DNA from: Marsupella aquatica | Taxonomy: Eukaryota; Plantae; Marchantiophyta | Reading direction: 5' to 3' | Assembly (NCBI GenBank): GCA_973895155.1 | Contig: OZ316894.1 | Coordinates: forward strand, 17,452,563 to 17,516,562 | Length of the DNA: 64,000 nt | Shown: positions 23,719 to 37,094 of the stretch, piece by piece | How positions within the stretch are numbered: position 1 is the first letter of the stretch | Layout: each line of letters begins with the position of its first letter | The notes under the pieces: generated by a model | Database searches by the model: none | What the model was told of the DNA's origin: nothing | The model's input: only the letters and a program-made list of their open reading frames with translations | Translations under genes and position numbers: made by a program

Positions 23719-26005
23719 GTGTACCCCAATTTTGCTAGTACTAAGAATTTTGATATTTAGTCTATTGTCAATAGGGGCAAGTTACAAGGAGTCCCCCATG
23801 TGCATATGCATTGGATCACCTCAAGAAGATAATTGGTAAAATCACAATTCTTTTTTTTATATTATTCTTTGGGGTTGTTTGTTCTAAGTAGCAAACACAT
23901 CTATTGATAGATTTCAATTGTCAGCACAAATTTTGGCTACAAATTTGGCAAAAAGTTGCCATCAAGGAGAAACTAGTTTGATAGTGTAGTTGAACTTTCT
24001 TACTGCTAGGGACTGCTTATGAAGGATAACGATGTCTTGAGTGTCTGGTAAATCTTTAGTTTTGTTTGTGAGCAGGACTCTAGACAGAGTCTTTTCTTGT
24101 GGTTAGATCACAATTTGTCTGTAAATTTCATACAGGAGTTCGTTTGCTTTCTGGCCTGGCCTTGGTGAAAGGGAGCAAGAGGAGAACTCGAGCACCATTT
24201 TTTGGTTTTCAAACAAATGTTAAATAATTTTGGAATCATATGACCTCCATCTACACTGTCGAACTCAGTCAGGGTACCAAAATGTCTTTGTACAATAATA
24301 AAGCTTTGTACTTTTTGGGCTGTTCTCCTGTTATTTATAGCATCTCTGCCCTCTGCGCTTCGGCCCAAAAGATAAATGAAAACTGTATAGTAATGCTTTT
24401 TTAGCCTTGATGCATGTCATCCTAGTTAATACAGATTTTTTTTCATGGACCCATGCAAGGCTACAAAGCTTATCTAAGCAAAAGGTTTGTGATGCGGCTC
24501 TCATTAGAGCGTTTTACTCAACAATTTGTGCATGGGAAGACCCAGTGTACAAATTTCCATGAGATTTTTTATTTTCAGTCATAGATTGCCCTGCAGATAG
24601 ACCACACTAGATTGTTGTACAGTTGACAAAACATTTAAGTGGAGGAATATGTTGATATTATGACCAATTGGTGCTTTTTGCATGTTGCTATCAATGGTGA
24701 TGCATACAAGATTATGTAGACGCCACCAGCTGCACATACCACTCCCATTGTTGCCCAAGAGGATCAAGGCATGATAACACGTAGTACATAACCACCTACA
24801 ATTTCAAGTGGGTAATGGCATTGCGTCACAGCAACAAGTCGATATTGCAGTTTTCAACAACAACCAAAATTCCCAAGCAAAGCTAGGGCTCTCTAAGAAA
24901 CAAATTGTGTCCATACTTAGTGGTTGTGTGCCAAGGGAACGAGGTAGGGGCAACAGGGTGAAATATTGGGGCATAAACGCAAATCATTAGTTGTTTTCTT
25001 TCCACCTTCCAGCAGGGTTTTGATTTGGACTATGGAATTCCCCTCAACAGGGAACCTCATAGATGAACTGGGGCAACAGTAGTGAGACTAGTTGTGAAAG
25101 CAATTCAAGGTGTGACTGGTCATCTGCTCACCCATATAGCTCCCCTTCTCCATAATTATGGAGTCCAAGCAGACTCTAAAACAAGGTCTGTCATATGACA
25201 AAGAATGAATCATCGTCCCCCCACCCCCTATTCCACCCATATTGACCCATAATTTTGCCCAAAAACCCACTCCAGGCACCCATCCCTGCAGACGTTGGGG
25301 GAGGGGGTGAGGGGAGGGAAAGCCCCTACCACAATTACTGAACAATGTTCAGTCAGCAATCCTGAGCTTCAGTATCAAGTAAAACATTGCCTTATGGGAT
25401 ATACTAGTTAACACCTGAGGCCTGCCTAAGGGTGTTTCTATCCAGTAGAAGCCAACCTTGTGCTTTAGTGAGCTTTAAGCACAAGGTGAACTTCTTGCAC
25501 ACAGGACTAAAGTAGAACACACTGTCTATGCTATACTAAGAATTCTGTAGAGAAGCACAACAAACAAGTCATGCAAACATAGAATTCACAGAGTGCTTCT
25601 CCAACTTTATAAAGTTGTGCTTTGACAAGCACAAACCATAGAAGCCACTTCTTCTCAGTTTAGCTTTGTTTGTCTAGGTAATTAATTTCATCCTAACTTC
25701 ATGCCCATGTCTTACAAAAGATTAAATCATGAGCGGAGAGTATTTACATGCACATTCTCTTGTAAAGTCTTGGGATGAAGATCCCATCAAGCTTAAGGGT
25801 GGTTTTACAAGAGGTCAGAGCACTTGTGACATTGTTTCTACCAAAGAAAAGTGCAGGGGCATTTATTGTCCTCAGATAGGCAGTCACATTCATAACATGG
25901 TCCAAATTTAATCTCAGAGACAATAAAACAGAAAACAGTTTGCCCCGGTCCTGTATTGCCTATGACTGTGACAATACCATGATACATGTAGGTGAGAGTC
26001 TAATT

Positions 26006-26997
26006 ATTAGACTTGGACTTGTCCGACAAATAGAGGCCTTTGGACTCGACAACCGACAAGTTGTCACCCGGTCCACCCTGGTCCCCGGTCCGGCTCCCGG
26101 CCGGTAATTCCCTGCCCGGCTACTTTCCTCCCGGCCCTTAAAGCCAACGGGAAAATCTCGCCCCGGACCGAACTCCCCACCCCGGTCCCGGCCCGGTCTC
26201 TACCCCCGGCCCGGCCCCTTCCCGGCCCGGCCCCGCATCCCACCCAGTCCCTTCCCCTTCCCGGCCCGGTCCCTTCCCTTCCCTTCCCGGCCCTGCCCCT
26301 TCCCTCCCCCTTCCCTTCCCGGCCCGGTCCCTTCCCTTCCCTTCCCGGCCCTGCCCCTTCCCTCCCCCTTCCCCTCCCCTTCCCGGCCTCTTCCCTTCCC
26401 CTCCCCCTTCCCGGCCCGGCCCTCCCCCTCCCCCTTCCCGGCCTCTTCCCTTCCCCTCCCCCTTCCCGGCCCGGCCCTACCCCTCCCCTTCCCGGCCTCT
26501 TCCCTTCCCCTCCCCCTTCCCGGCCCGGCCCCCCCCCTCCCCCTTCCCGGCCCGGCCCTACCCCTCTCCTTCCCGGCCTCTTCCCTTCCCCTCCCCCTTC
26601 CCGGCCCGGCCCTACCCCTCCCCTTCCCGGCCCCTTCCCGGCCCTGCCCCTGCCCATTCCCGGCCCGGCCCTCCCATTCCCGGCCCGGCCCCGCACTCGG
26701 CCCGCCCTCACCTAGTGTTTGTGAGGCCGGGCCGGGTGCGGGGCCGGGCGGGATGCGGGACCGGGCCGGGAAGAGACCGGGCCGACCCGGTGCCGGACCG
26801 AGCCGGGAATGGAAGGGGCCGGGAAGAGTCGGGGAGGGAATGGGCCGGGCCGGGAAGGGATTGGGCCGGGCCGGGTCGGGCCGGGGCCGGACCGGGGCAT
26901 AAAAAGGAATATGCGACAAATAGGGTCATTTTCGGGCGACAAATGACAAGTTGTCGTGTCCGACAACACGACAAGTTGTCCGACAGCTCAAACCGGG
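26006..26997. mobile_element. GC-rich MITE, related subfamily with expanded CCCGG/CCCTT interior
   Basis: The right end is GCTCAAACCGGG and the left end is degenerate (TTAGACTTGGACTTGTCCGACAAA). Flanks are GTCTAATT (25998-26005) and GTCTAATA (26998-27005). Subterminal CGACAA/TTGTC repeats are present. A C-rich arm spans ~26065-26708 and a G-rich arm ~26724-26898. Confidence 0.7.
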
Positions 26998-29900
26998 GTC
27001 TAATATAAGGCAGACCTACTTTATGTTGGAGAAGAGCAATCCAATCCAAATGGTTTAGCTTGAGCAGACTGGGAAGTACAATAAGGTCTCAATAGGGCAT
27101 TTCAAAGTTGCCTATGATGGCTTTTGGCCATAAACAAATGGCCCATAATTTTTTCACAGGGTAATGTAAAAGACTTTATTGTTTTTTCATGAACCTCTAC
27201 AGTTCATGAATTATGGACTACCAAATTCATTATGGCAAAAAGTTGTGGATTATGAATGTGGTAGTCCATAATTTTTTCTGTCTTTAACCTCAACTACCAA
27301 GTTAAGGTCCATCAAAGTTGAAGCTTTGAGACGCCCTAGTGAGCAAAGCTCGGTTACAGCCATTTGCTTGGACTAATGGAACATGTAATTCATCTATCTT
27401 TTTTTCCTGCCTCGTTTCCTGCATGAAGTCCACCGCGGCGCGGGGGGGGGAGGGCACAACCCAAAAAGGCCTTAAAAACACCCCAATAAGAGAATCAGGG
27501 TGAGACACCCCAAAAATAACAGCCAACACAATGGCCAAGGGACAGCAACAAGCAGGGTGACAATTGATCGATTATATATAATACAAGATTCCAATGGATC
27601 TGACCGTCTCTTATGTCCCAATTTTTTTTCTATGTTTTGTTCTTACTAGTACTTGGATGGATCATTCCCATGAATTGTATAGAGTGTAGATTTTTTACAA
27701 AGCAAAAGATAAGCTATCTGAGTGTGAAAAGGTGAGTTTGTGGTCCATAGGGTTGCACTTCTGAATAATAGTGTCAAAAGTGTGTTCCCCCTGCCGATTC
27801 AATTAGGGTGACATTGTTCCTGGTATGAACATATCTCCTTCATTTTTGATTGTTTGTTTGTTCATTCCCATGCTCAAATAGATCAATCCCAAGGAAAGTG
27901 AGGGCTCTAGGCAAACAATCCTATTAGGGCGTCTCAAAGCATGGCTGTTACTGAGTTACGGTCAAGGACATAAAATACAATTATGGCCAGGACACAATGT
28001 TACAGGCTACCATTTAGTACATGCTCCATAAGGACGGTACGTCCAAGAAATCTCAGCTGTGAGACCTTGCTTACAGCAGCATTGTGACAAACCCCATTGT
28101 CTATCTGGCTGTTTTTGTGCAAGGGAAAAACAATGGTGACAAGCCAAACAGCCCAAGGAAGCAAAATGTCAAATGAAAAGTATATTCATTTTACATCATG
28201 AATAGCAAAGGAGGATCCATTTTCAACTGGGGCTAACAATCCCAGAAATTGAAACCCAAGTGGACCTCCACATTTGCCAAAATGCTCAAATCTACTTTAG
28301 CAAGTGACATAGATTCAACAAAATTCTCTTTGTGCTCAGATGGTACAAATTATACCAGAGAGTGAAATGTCAAAAGGAACAAAACAGTCATCTTGGAAAT
28401 TCACAGTTCTCTCAATGCTTAACAAAAGATCTTTCCAAGCTCCTTCTAGTGAAGTAACCTAAGACCAGCCGTAAACCCAAAGAGAAACCCAATTCTGCTG
28501 CATATCCAGGGAGAAATTGAAGGTCTAAATTTGCCAATAAAAAATTCCAGAAAATAATGAGAAGTGTACAGGAGTGGCAGAGAAATCAGGCAAATCTTTG
28601 AAATTCACGGCTCTTCCGATTCTTAATGCAACTTGGTTATGTTTATAAGAGTTTTTTGATAGACCTTTCCAAGCTGCTTCAAACTTACTAGCAAACCAAG
28701 AAGTGCCACTTTTTGGCTGAAAATCAAGAAAAATCTAAAGCCAGAATTTGGGGATTAAAACCTCTTAGAAATAGGAAGTGTGTGAGCTTGTCACAATCAA
28801 TGTAGAGGTGTCACACTCCATGGGGATTGTATGGTTCACAAACTCAGTCCCTGAGGGCTTCAACTTCAACATTCCCCATACATTGTAATTTGATGGACTT
28901 TGATGGACCAAAACATAGTATGGGCAACTTTGATGGACCAAAACATAGTGACCTATCAAGAGGGAGGTCTACTTGATCATTTTACATTGTACTAGACCCT
29001 CCCCTTGTTAAATACTTTCTAGCTAGGGAAGTGTGCATTTCTATTTCAATCACACTAAATTAAATTGTATGATCTATTGTTTTCTCTTTTTGGGACATTG
29101 TACGTTTGAATGAAGAGCACATTATAGAAGGACTCAACCTTGGATTCCCATGGGAACTTTTTCCCAAAATTCATGGATGCTCGTGCAGTCACTCAACATG
29201 ATTTGACATCAGCAAGATTTGTTACAAACAAGAGTTGTTAGTTTTGCAAGACGAACCAAATTTGACTATCTGTGTTTGAGGCAAGAAAAAAAAACACATC
29301 AGCATGATTTATCACAAACAAAAATTGTTAGTTATGTAAGATGAACTAAATTTGACTATTCGTGTTTGAGGCAAGGCAAAGGAATACAGTTTGACCATGT
29401 AACTATTACAAACATCATAACTACTATGGGTAGAAGAATACCAAAGGACTCTAAGACCTTTCAATTATTATGAACAAAACAATATATTGCATGAAGTACA
29501 TGGACTTAATATTACAATTTATTGTGTAGACATAGTGATAATAAAAGAAACATACTTCATGAAAATTGACCCTTAGTATTACCATGCATGTACTCTTATT
29601 TATCATCAATGAAATTGTAATTACTATTTAAAATGCATTTTATTGAAAATACTCACTCTAATCTTTGTGTTCTCCTTTGTTTATTCCATTGTATAACTCT
29701 TCATAAGTCCAAAATAGTTAAATAAAACAACTTTACATAATCAATGGGTACTCTAACTAATTTGTAAAAAAAAAATTCTCTTCCTTATGTATAGAAAATT
29801 AATGCACTCAAACAACATTCATGCACAGGAATAAATCACAAAAGTCAGTCCTTCTAAGTGACTAAGTGAGACATTAGGACATTGTGCAACGCGGCGCATT

Positions 29901-30251
29901 GGGATACCTGAGTATGACAAGGTATTGTTGTGGCCCATCCTGGCATCTCGGCAAAATTTTGAAGTGGAACACTCTTCTTGTGTCGCTCGTCCATTGTCGC
30001 TCGTCTTCTGAGGTCTTCGTGTGAGTGTCGAGGGATGAGAAGACGCGGAAAGATGGAGAAACCTCAGCACTGCTCGGGCGATGGAGTCTGAGTTAGCAGC
30101 AGGATTTTGCGATTTGGCCGGACGAGTGGACTCGACGACATCGTCCAGGCTAGAAAAGTGGAATAGTCATAGTTTTAGATCGCACTCGGTCTTCTTGCAC
30201 CGGGATCTTTCGTTGCTTTCGTCGTCTCTCAAGAGGATTTGAATAATCATC

Positions 30252-33200
30252 ATGTCGAGAGCTACTGGCATTTTAGATGTTGATATGGACAAAACTCTCG
30301 GTGAAGCAACAGCAGCGGTCCAGTGCCAGCCCGGAACGCCTGATAGAGCAGACTCTGAGTTTTTATTTGAGAATGGAGTCTTCCCGGCACGAGCAGGGAC
30401 CCCGGAGCATCACCGGGGGCCCTACAGTGGGCAACAATCGACCTCTATGATTGTGGCTGCCGTTGAAGTATGTCATTCAAACAAAGAAGCAAGCAAACGA
30501 GAAAATAGGCAAAGAACCTGGCGATTTAGTAGAGCTTAGAAATGACATGGAGAAGAGCAGAATACCAATGATTCTTTGTGTAAAGTCATTACTGAAAAGA
30601 AAAGAAGATGATGCGCAGGTTGTGAGTCATGACTTTACAGAAGGGATGATTGCTAAAGATATGGCAATCTGCTCGTCTTTCGAATTTGCCAGAAACATTC
30701 AGTTTCATGTAGGGGGGATTTTTTCAAACCACGGAGATGGACTGGGGGTTGATCGTGTCTTGGTTGGCCAAGTTCGATCCTCTTTCGATCACTTCTCTTC
30801 TGCTCTCTTGTTTCTATGTGTTCTCTGGACTCCTACAAGACGTAGACGAGACTGTAATTTGGATGTATCAAATTCTGGACAGGGTCTCAAAGGGGAAGGG
30901 GGCCGCGTGGAGATGTTGGAAATGGGCGTGATGAACACAATTTTCGATGCAATCTCCAAAGAAGGGTTCGTTAACAAGCTGATCATTCCGTTGAATGATT
31001 ATTTGGAGATGAAGGTAATACGGTCGCATCTTTGGAAAGGAAATAACTCTCTGACCTCACACAAAAAACTCGAGGAGCGTTTAAAAATAATAATTTGAAT
31101 GAATTTCCCAGCTCGAGGAACGTGGTAGTTGATTCAGAAACCTTTTAAAGTGAGCTCGTCTCTTACTGATTGTTGTGCCCTGCTTCTTGGGGAGCGCTTA
31201 ATGCTTAGCAGATTTAGTTGAAACAGAGCATCGTCAGGTTTATTTCAATACCAGGTAGGTTCTTTAACTTCAAGCTCGAATGACAGTCATTCCTATCTTT
31301 CTCCTTCCTTTGTATGTTCACCGCACCACACTGGTAGATCTAATTACTCACTTATGCAAAGCAGCATGTAGTTTCCAACTGGGAATGGCAGAAGAACAAA
31401 GCGTTGTTGGAGCTGGAGCAGCGGAATCAACTGCTTCAGCACCTACTCAGAGAAGTGAGTGGGGACGTTCATGATATCTATACTAAACTCTCGTGCATTA
31501 GCAAGTCTGGATAACCTTGGGCTAGTTTGCAGACGAAATTGGCTTGACCTCTCCGACATGGATGGCTACTCCATCATCTAGTTGAGGATGGAAGTCGCAA
31601 GAATGTGTTCTGGAGATTTTGCGAAATCAAATCAGCAACTGGGATTCTAGTCATTGGCAACATATCCGAAGCTGTTGTGCCGTATTAGAATTCGGAGAGG
31701 GTGACCTCGGTGGGTAATCCATACTGAAGGGTGGTTGTGATTGAACAGGCTAGCCAGCAAGTGAAGGAAGCCAGAGGAGTAGCCCAGTATGATAGGAAAA
31801 ATCTGGAAACTGCTCTAAAGAAAGGAAAGGATGAGTTGTACTTGATTGGAAGAGCTGAAGCGATGCGAACCCGTGTCATCGAGCAGAAGCAAATCATTGC
31901 ACGATTTCACTTGATTTCCATGTGCCTCCTGTCTTGGCAACGATTTACGCATGGCCACAGGAAGAAAAAAGTATGTGACTTTTGAAAATTCTAGAAGCGA
32001 AGGAGTCTTTGCTTCATACAATCGTGGCATTTCTATCTCTAACCTGGAATGGAAATTGGTCCCAGCTTTGACAATCGGGTCTGCCTCTGGCCTTTAAAAA
32101 AGTAAACAAGTAAAAGGAAACAGAGAAAAGAAAAGAGAGATCTCGAAATCTAAGAACTTGGTAAAACCGGGGGTTCAGTATTGACTTTAGTTCTGCTGTC
32201 AAGCACATCTTCTTCATTATACCTGGAGCACTCAAAGTTGTGTTCTTGTGCAGATCCTTAGAAAATTGCAACTGTTGTGGATCAGACTTATGTTGACCAA
32301 AACTTTTGAAGGCTTCTTACGTGGCTGTTTGAGCATAAAACACAGACGTCAAATCAAAGACAAAGGATGCAGTTACTGGATCAAGACATCGGTAGGAAAA
32401 CACTTTCAAACATGGTTAATGCACATTCGTGGCGGCAAGGAGTTGAAGGAAAAGGTCAAAGGATTTGTTCAATCTTGGACTACTCGTCGTCTAAGGGTGG
32501 CATTCAGAGGGTGGCGAGGGCATTATTTACGGAAGGGCTGGAAGCAATTACAGCAAAAGAAAGCTGGTCAGGTCTGGTCTTTCAGTCATCTGCGCAAGGC
32601 TTGGCATGGATGGGACCAATATGTTGTGTTAGCGAAGGACAAGAAATGCTCTGCAGAGGCCTTCTTGTTTCGCAGATTGGCAAGTGGTTGCTTCTCACGA
32701 TGGTGGAGATATATCCAGCTAAAGCTCCTGCCTAGCAAGCGATCATTACTGTTCATCAACACCCCGGAGTCTAGATCACAGCAAATGGCGCTTAATTCCT
32801 GGAACCATAAGATTAGCCTGTCAGTGCTTGTGCGAGAAAGGGTTTTGTATTTTGTAAAGCATCGTACAAGGAAGTCGCAGCAACTCATACTGACAAAGTG
32901 GCACCAGCTTGTCTCGAGAACTCGCCACGTGGAAAGTGTGGAAAAAGTCCTACTGTGGAAATCAATTGTTTGGCTTAAAAGAAGGGCCTTTGGAGAACTG
33001 AAGCGGCTTTGGATTGAAATGAGAGTGTTGCGCAGAAGGCAGACCCTGCGCTCGTTTAGAACAACGTAAGCTTCCCAATCTAAGTTGTTTAAAACGACAA
33101 ATCCGTGCTGCAAATCTGATTTTATGTGGGAGGGGATGCCTTGCTAATATCATGAGAGTTTGGGTTGACTTGATATAAAAGTCGTTTGGTATACTATAGA

Positions 33201-36200
33201 TCTGCTGAGTTCCGTTGAGATACCAGATATTTTGCATCCCTTCCTCTTTTACCCGCTACGAAAGGTGAGGGCGAGGTGAAATGCCATGCGCGAGTGGCAG
33301 GTTGGCTTCTTTTCGGAGGTGGACGGCAAGAATTCAACGTTTGAAAGCCGTGAAAAGGAGGGTACTCCAAATTCAACAGCGTCTTCGGCATAGGTCGCAA
33401 CAAAAGTTGTTTGATTTGTGGGTTGTCTTTGCAACAAACAGCAGGTACAATGTAACTATGGATTGTCCCATGTTTTGTGTTTCTCCAGGATCACTTCCTG
33501 TGTCTTCGTCTTGCTCAACTGAGACGAGGTTTTGATTCTCCTGGGTGATGTTCAGAGACGAACTGTTATTAAGTCAATAGATAACTAGAACGCTATGCTG
33601 TGATCAGAGGAGCCATGTGTGTTTATAGAGCTATGATCACGTACTGTCCAGCTGTGTCTTCTAAGTAGCCGTTGAAACGGTTCTCATCAGTCAACTACGG
33701 CATATGTCTTCTATAGGGGCTTTAGTATCCTAGACATACATGTAGACAATTGGGTTCCTTCCATGCATTTCATGTCATTTACATGAGGATCATATTTGGA
33801 TTGTTTGAATGCAAATTCTGTGCCGGTTGCAATCGGTCTGTATCCTAGAAATGGGCTGTAAGTAACGTAGAAGCTAAATAGTCTTAAAAGAATCCAAATG
33901 CTAAATAACGCGATATAGTTCACCTGCCTTTTCGCCTAAGCCAGGAAGTTCGCTATTGCTAAAGAAGCTAACAAGCTGGCTGAGAGAGTCAATCTGCTGG
34001 AGAGTGATCTTGATGTTGCCAAAAAAGTACGGCACCAGCTGGAAAAGTCCATTGTAGAGATTGAAAATGAGAAGGTGGAAGTCAGAAAAGTAGCACAAAA
34101 GGCCATCTTCAGTACTTCTATTTGCAAAAATGGATTTCTGGAAGGTCAGTTCATATATGGAACCTCGTATACTTAACTGGGCTGTAGTGCTGAGATGAAA
34201 TTCATAATCGCTTCGTCGCTATTTTAAACGTCTCCAGATGTAGAGACACAGACTAGACGTGATCTATTCTTGTTGTAGGAGAACTTTGAAATTTAATCTT
34301 TCAATGGTGTGGGTTTTATGAAAGTTCTGTTCGTCGAGTATAAAGTACTGCGTAATGGAGGGCCTTGTTTCTCATTGAGGCACAATTTAACCCGAGTATT
34401 TACAAATGAGTACTGTTCCGTTGTCTTGTGAGGTTCCTGGTTTTGCCATGATGGGGTGCACTGTTTATGAATCTTCTGAAGAAATAATTAGATTGCAGAA
34501 ATCCATACTGCCACTCATGCAGTCTTCTTGCCTTTCCATTGTGCTCTGTTGATGCAGTTGACATCAGCTGGAGAATTCCTTCACTGGAATGGCTTCCGCC
34601 TTCTTGTGCAGGCCATACAGCAGTATCTCTACCTGGGAAACATGAGACTTGCTGTTCTCAAATTGTCCTCTTTGGAGGGTACAATGGGGAGAGTTGTTTC
34701 AATCAAGTCTTCATTTTTGATACAGGTCAACTTCTAACGGACGGTATTTTTTGGAGTTCTTATTTGTTACCGAGCATCAGATGCTGTTTCCATAGACCTT
34801 TCATGATCACTACATATGTAGAACAAGCCCCAGTATTGCAGTCCTCTCTTGAAGACACTAATCCCATCCTCATGTTGATCTAAATTGCCCATAGATCCTA
34901 CTCGAGTGACTCATCCGTTGTGCACTGATCACTCCGGATGATTTCTCCACCTTCAGTTCTTCATTTCCTTTTCCGCGCTAGCGCCAGTTTCTCAACACGA
35001 CGTGTCCTGCGTGCATACATATTGACCGACGCTTCCTGCTGCATACATATTGACCGACGTGTCCTGCGTGCATACATATTGATCTATCTTTTCAGTAGTA
35101 AAGAGGAATCCATCTCTAGGATTCCTGATCAGGACTACATGAAACGAAACCGATCATAGTGCTGTGGCCTTGCAACTGATGTTCCTGCTTGAGTTCATGC
35201 CAGAGCTGCATACTACACTAGAGTAGAAATTAAGTTGAAGGTGTTGCCCAGAGCACATATATTCTTTGGAGTCTGAATTACGCAAAATAATGTCATGTTG
35301 GTCCCCTCATTGGTTCGCCCAGATACGATGCACTGGAATGCCCCAGCATCATCAGCGGCCAATGGCAGTGTTATTCCCCGAGCAATGCTGACTCATACAG
35401 CCTGTGTTTTGGGGAACAACAAAATGGTCATTTTTGGAGGATACGATGGTGCTCAAGAGTTTTCGGACGTGTCAATGATGAAACTTTCAGACGATGGTTG
35501 TAAGTATTTCAGTGACCCTGTCTGCTCCGGTTCCCAGGCCTCGTGCACAAAACTGATGGCACAAGAGTCTGCATTTTTATGCTTTGTCAGAGTTCTGTCG
35601 GATGACCATAGTTAGTGTCTTCCTTCACGTATTTGGAAACACAAATGAGGACACCCAAAGAGACCATTCTCTTCTTATACAATCGTTGTAAAATATTCTG
35701 TCATGACTGACTGCACTGCACTGAACTGAATGCATTGCAGTGGCCTGTGAGTGGTCACAGCCACAGATCCTGGGAGGTACAAAACCAGGTCCGATGTGCC
35801 AGCATACCAGCTGTTTATATGAAGATGGGCCATATATGGTGGTGTATGGAGGTTACCGTTCAGAGGAAGGTCTTCTAAACGAAGTGTGGGTTCTGGACTT
35901 ACATCTGCTACGTTGGAGTTGTCCAGAATATTTTGGTACACCTCCAGAACCTCGCAGAGGGCATGGTGCAGGCATGGTTGGGACGAAAATGTATATATTT
36001 GGAGGCTATAACGGACGAGAGCATTTAGCTGATTTTCATGCACTGGATATCAAGACAATGACATGGGAATGTATTCAAGGTCAAAGTCAAGGTCCATCAG
36101 CAAGGAGACAACATTCAGTCACAGTTGTTGGTCAGCATCTAGTTGTGTATGGAGGGTATGATGGGAAACGGTATCTTGGAGATTTGTTTAGCTTTGATAC

Positions 36201-37094
36201 CACTCAAAGGTGGTGGAAACGATGGCCAGACCAGGAGACTGACTTACATCTGGACGAAACTGGGCTGGGAGGGCAAGTTTGTGGACGATCCATGCATACA
36301 TTGGTGGAGGCAGGGCAACGTCTTGTTATCTTTGGGGGTGTGCATGACTGGGGTGCTCTGCAAGAGATGATCTTCTTGGAAAATCCAGCAGGTGCTAATT
36401 ACCTTTATCTATTCCCTCTAATGCGGTGTTCCGTGGACCGCATCAATTCGAGCTGTAGTTGCCTGGATCGCAACACTAACCTTGGGCTGAACACAAACTA
36501 TATATTTGGGACTTTAGTCCATGTGCTATAATTTCTCCTTGACTCTCATAGCACCAAGGATAATCCTTGTTCATTCACATAATTCTTTTACGGCTGACTC
36601 ATTTTGCTGATATTTCCAGCTACTGAGAGTCTTCAACTCCGCAAGTCTCTTTTCGATGAGCATCAAAAGCTTATAGATCTTCAGGCTCAACTTACCGGGT
36701 ATAAGAAGGTCATGAGAGAGATTGCTGTAGAGCAAGCTGGCTCTCAAAATACTCAGGAGCAATTAAGGAGCATTCTGCGGGTACTGCTCTGTAGTAGTTT
36801 TCCGAATGCCATTCAATCCTACCTGCCACTTGAAGTGCTGTCTAGGTTGACTCCTGAATTGATTAGCACGGAAGTCGGATAGCATTTCAAGGAATGCTCT
36901 TGGATAGTATTTGTGTTTTTATGGTTTTCGCTGCAGCTGGTGTTACTGAGTTTTCATTCATGTCGTTTGGAAGGCTTTCTAGATTAACACTTAAACTGTG
37001 GCAGGTGGAGTCAGAAAAGAAGAAGAAAGCAGTTCAAAGTTATCGAGCTCTTACAAGGAAACTTCAGAAGGCTAGAGCAACAAGTAGACAATAG
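30252..37094 (+). CDS. Sfi1/POC5-like centrin-binding-repeat + coiled-coil + Kelch beta-propeller protein (~1020 aa, 12 exons)
   Basis: Hand-spliced, phase-consistent GT-AG model: 30252-30467, 30883-31014, 31365-31454, 31749-31970, 32254-33065, 33301-33444, 33945-34144, 34558-34725, 35323-35499, 35741-36391, 36620-36780, 37005-37094 (3063 nt). [FLW]xxW repeats recur with a 33-aa period. There are six Kelch GG motifs (FGGYNG, FGGYDG, YGGYRS, FGGYNG, YGGYDG, FGGVHD). The first three exons are less certain than the rest. Confidence 0.8.

Noticed and set aside
24100-24860. Possible integrase or transposase remnant (e.g. QWEWYVQLVAST)
   Set aside because: Too short and degenerate to assign without a search.
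26064-27049. Long Gly/Arg/Pro-rich ORFs (215 aa, 239 aa and overlapping)
   Set aside because: They are stop-free artefacts of GC-rich repeats inside a MITE. The same applies to 137-483 and 40363-40758.
30451-31098. 215-aa ORF as a stand-alone gene
   Set aside because: It has a non-ATG start. Only 30883-31014 fits as an exon of the Sfi1-Kelch gene; the rest looks like open intron, though a longer exon 2 cannot be excluded.
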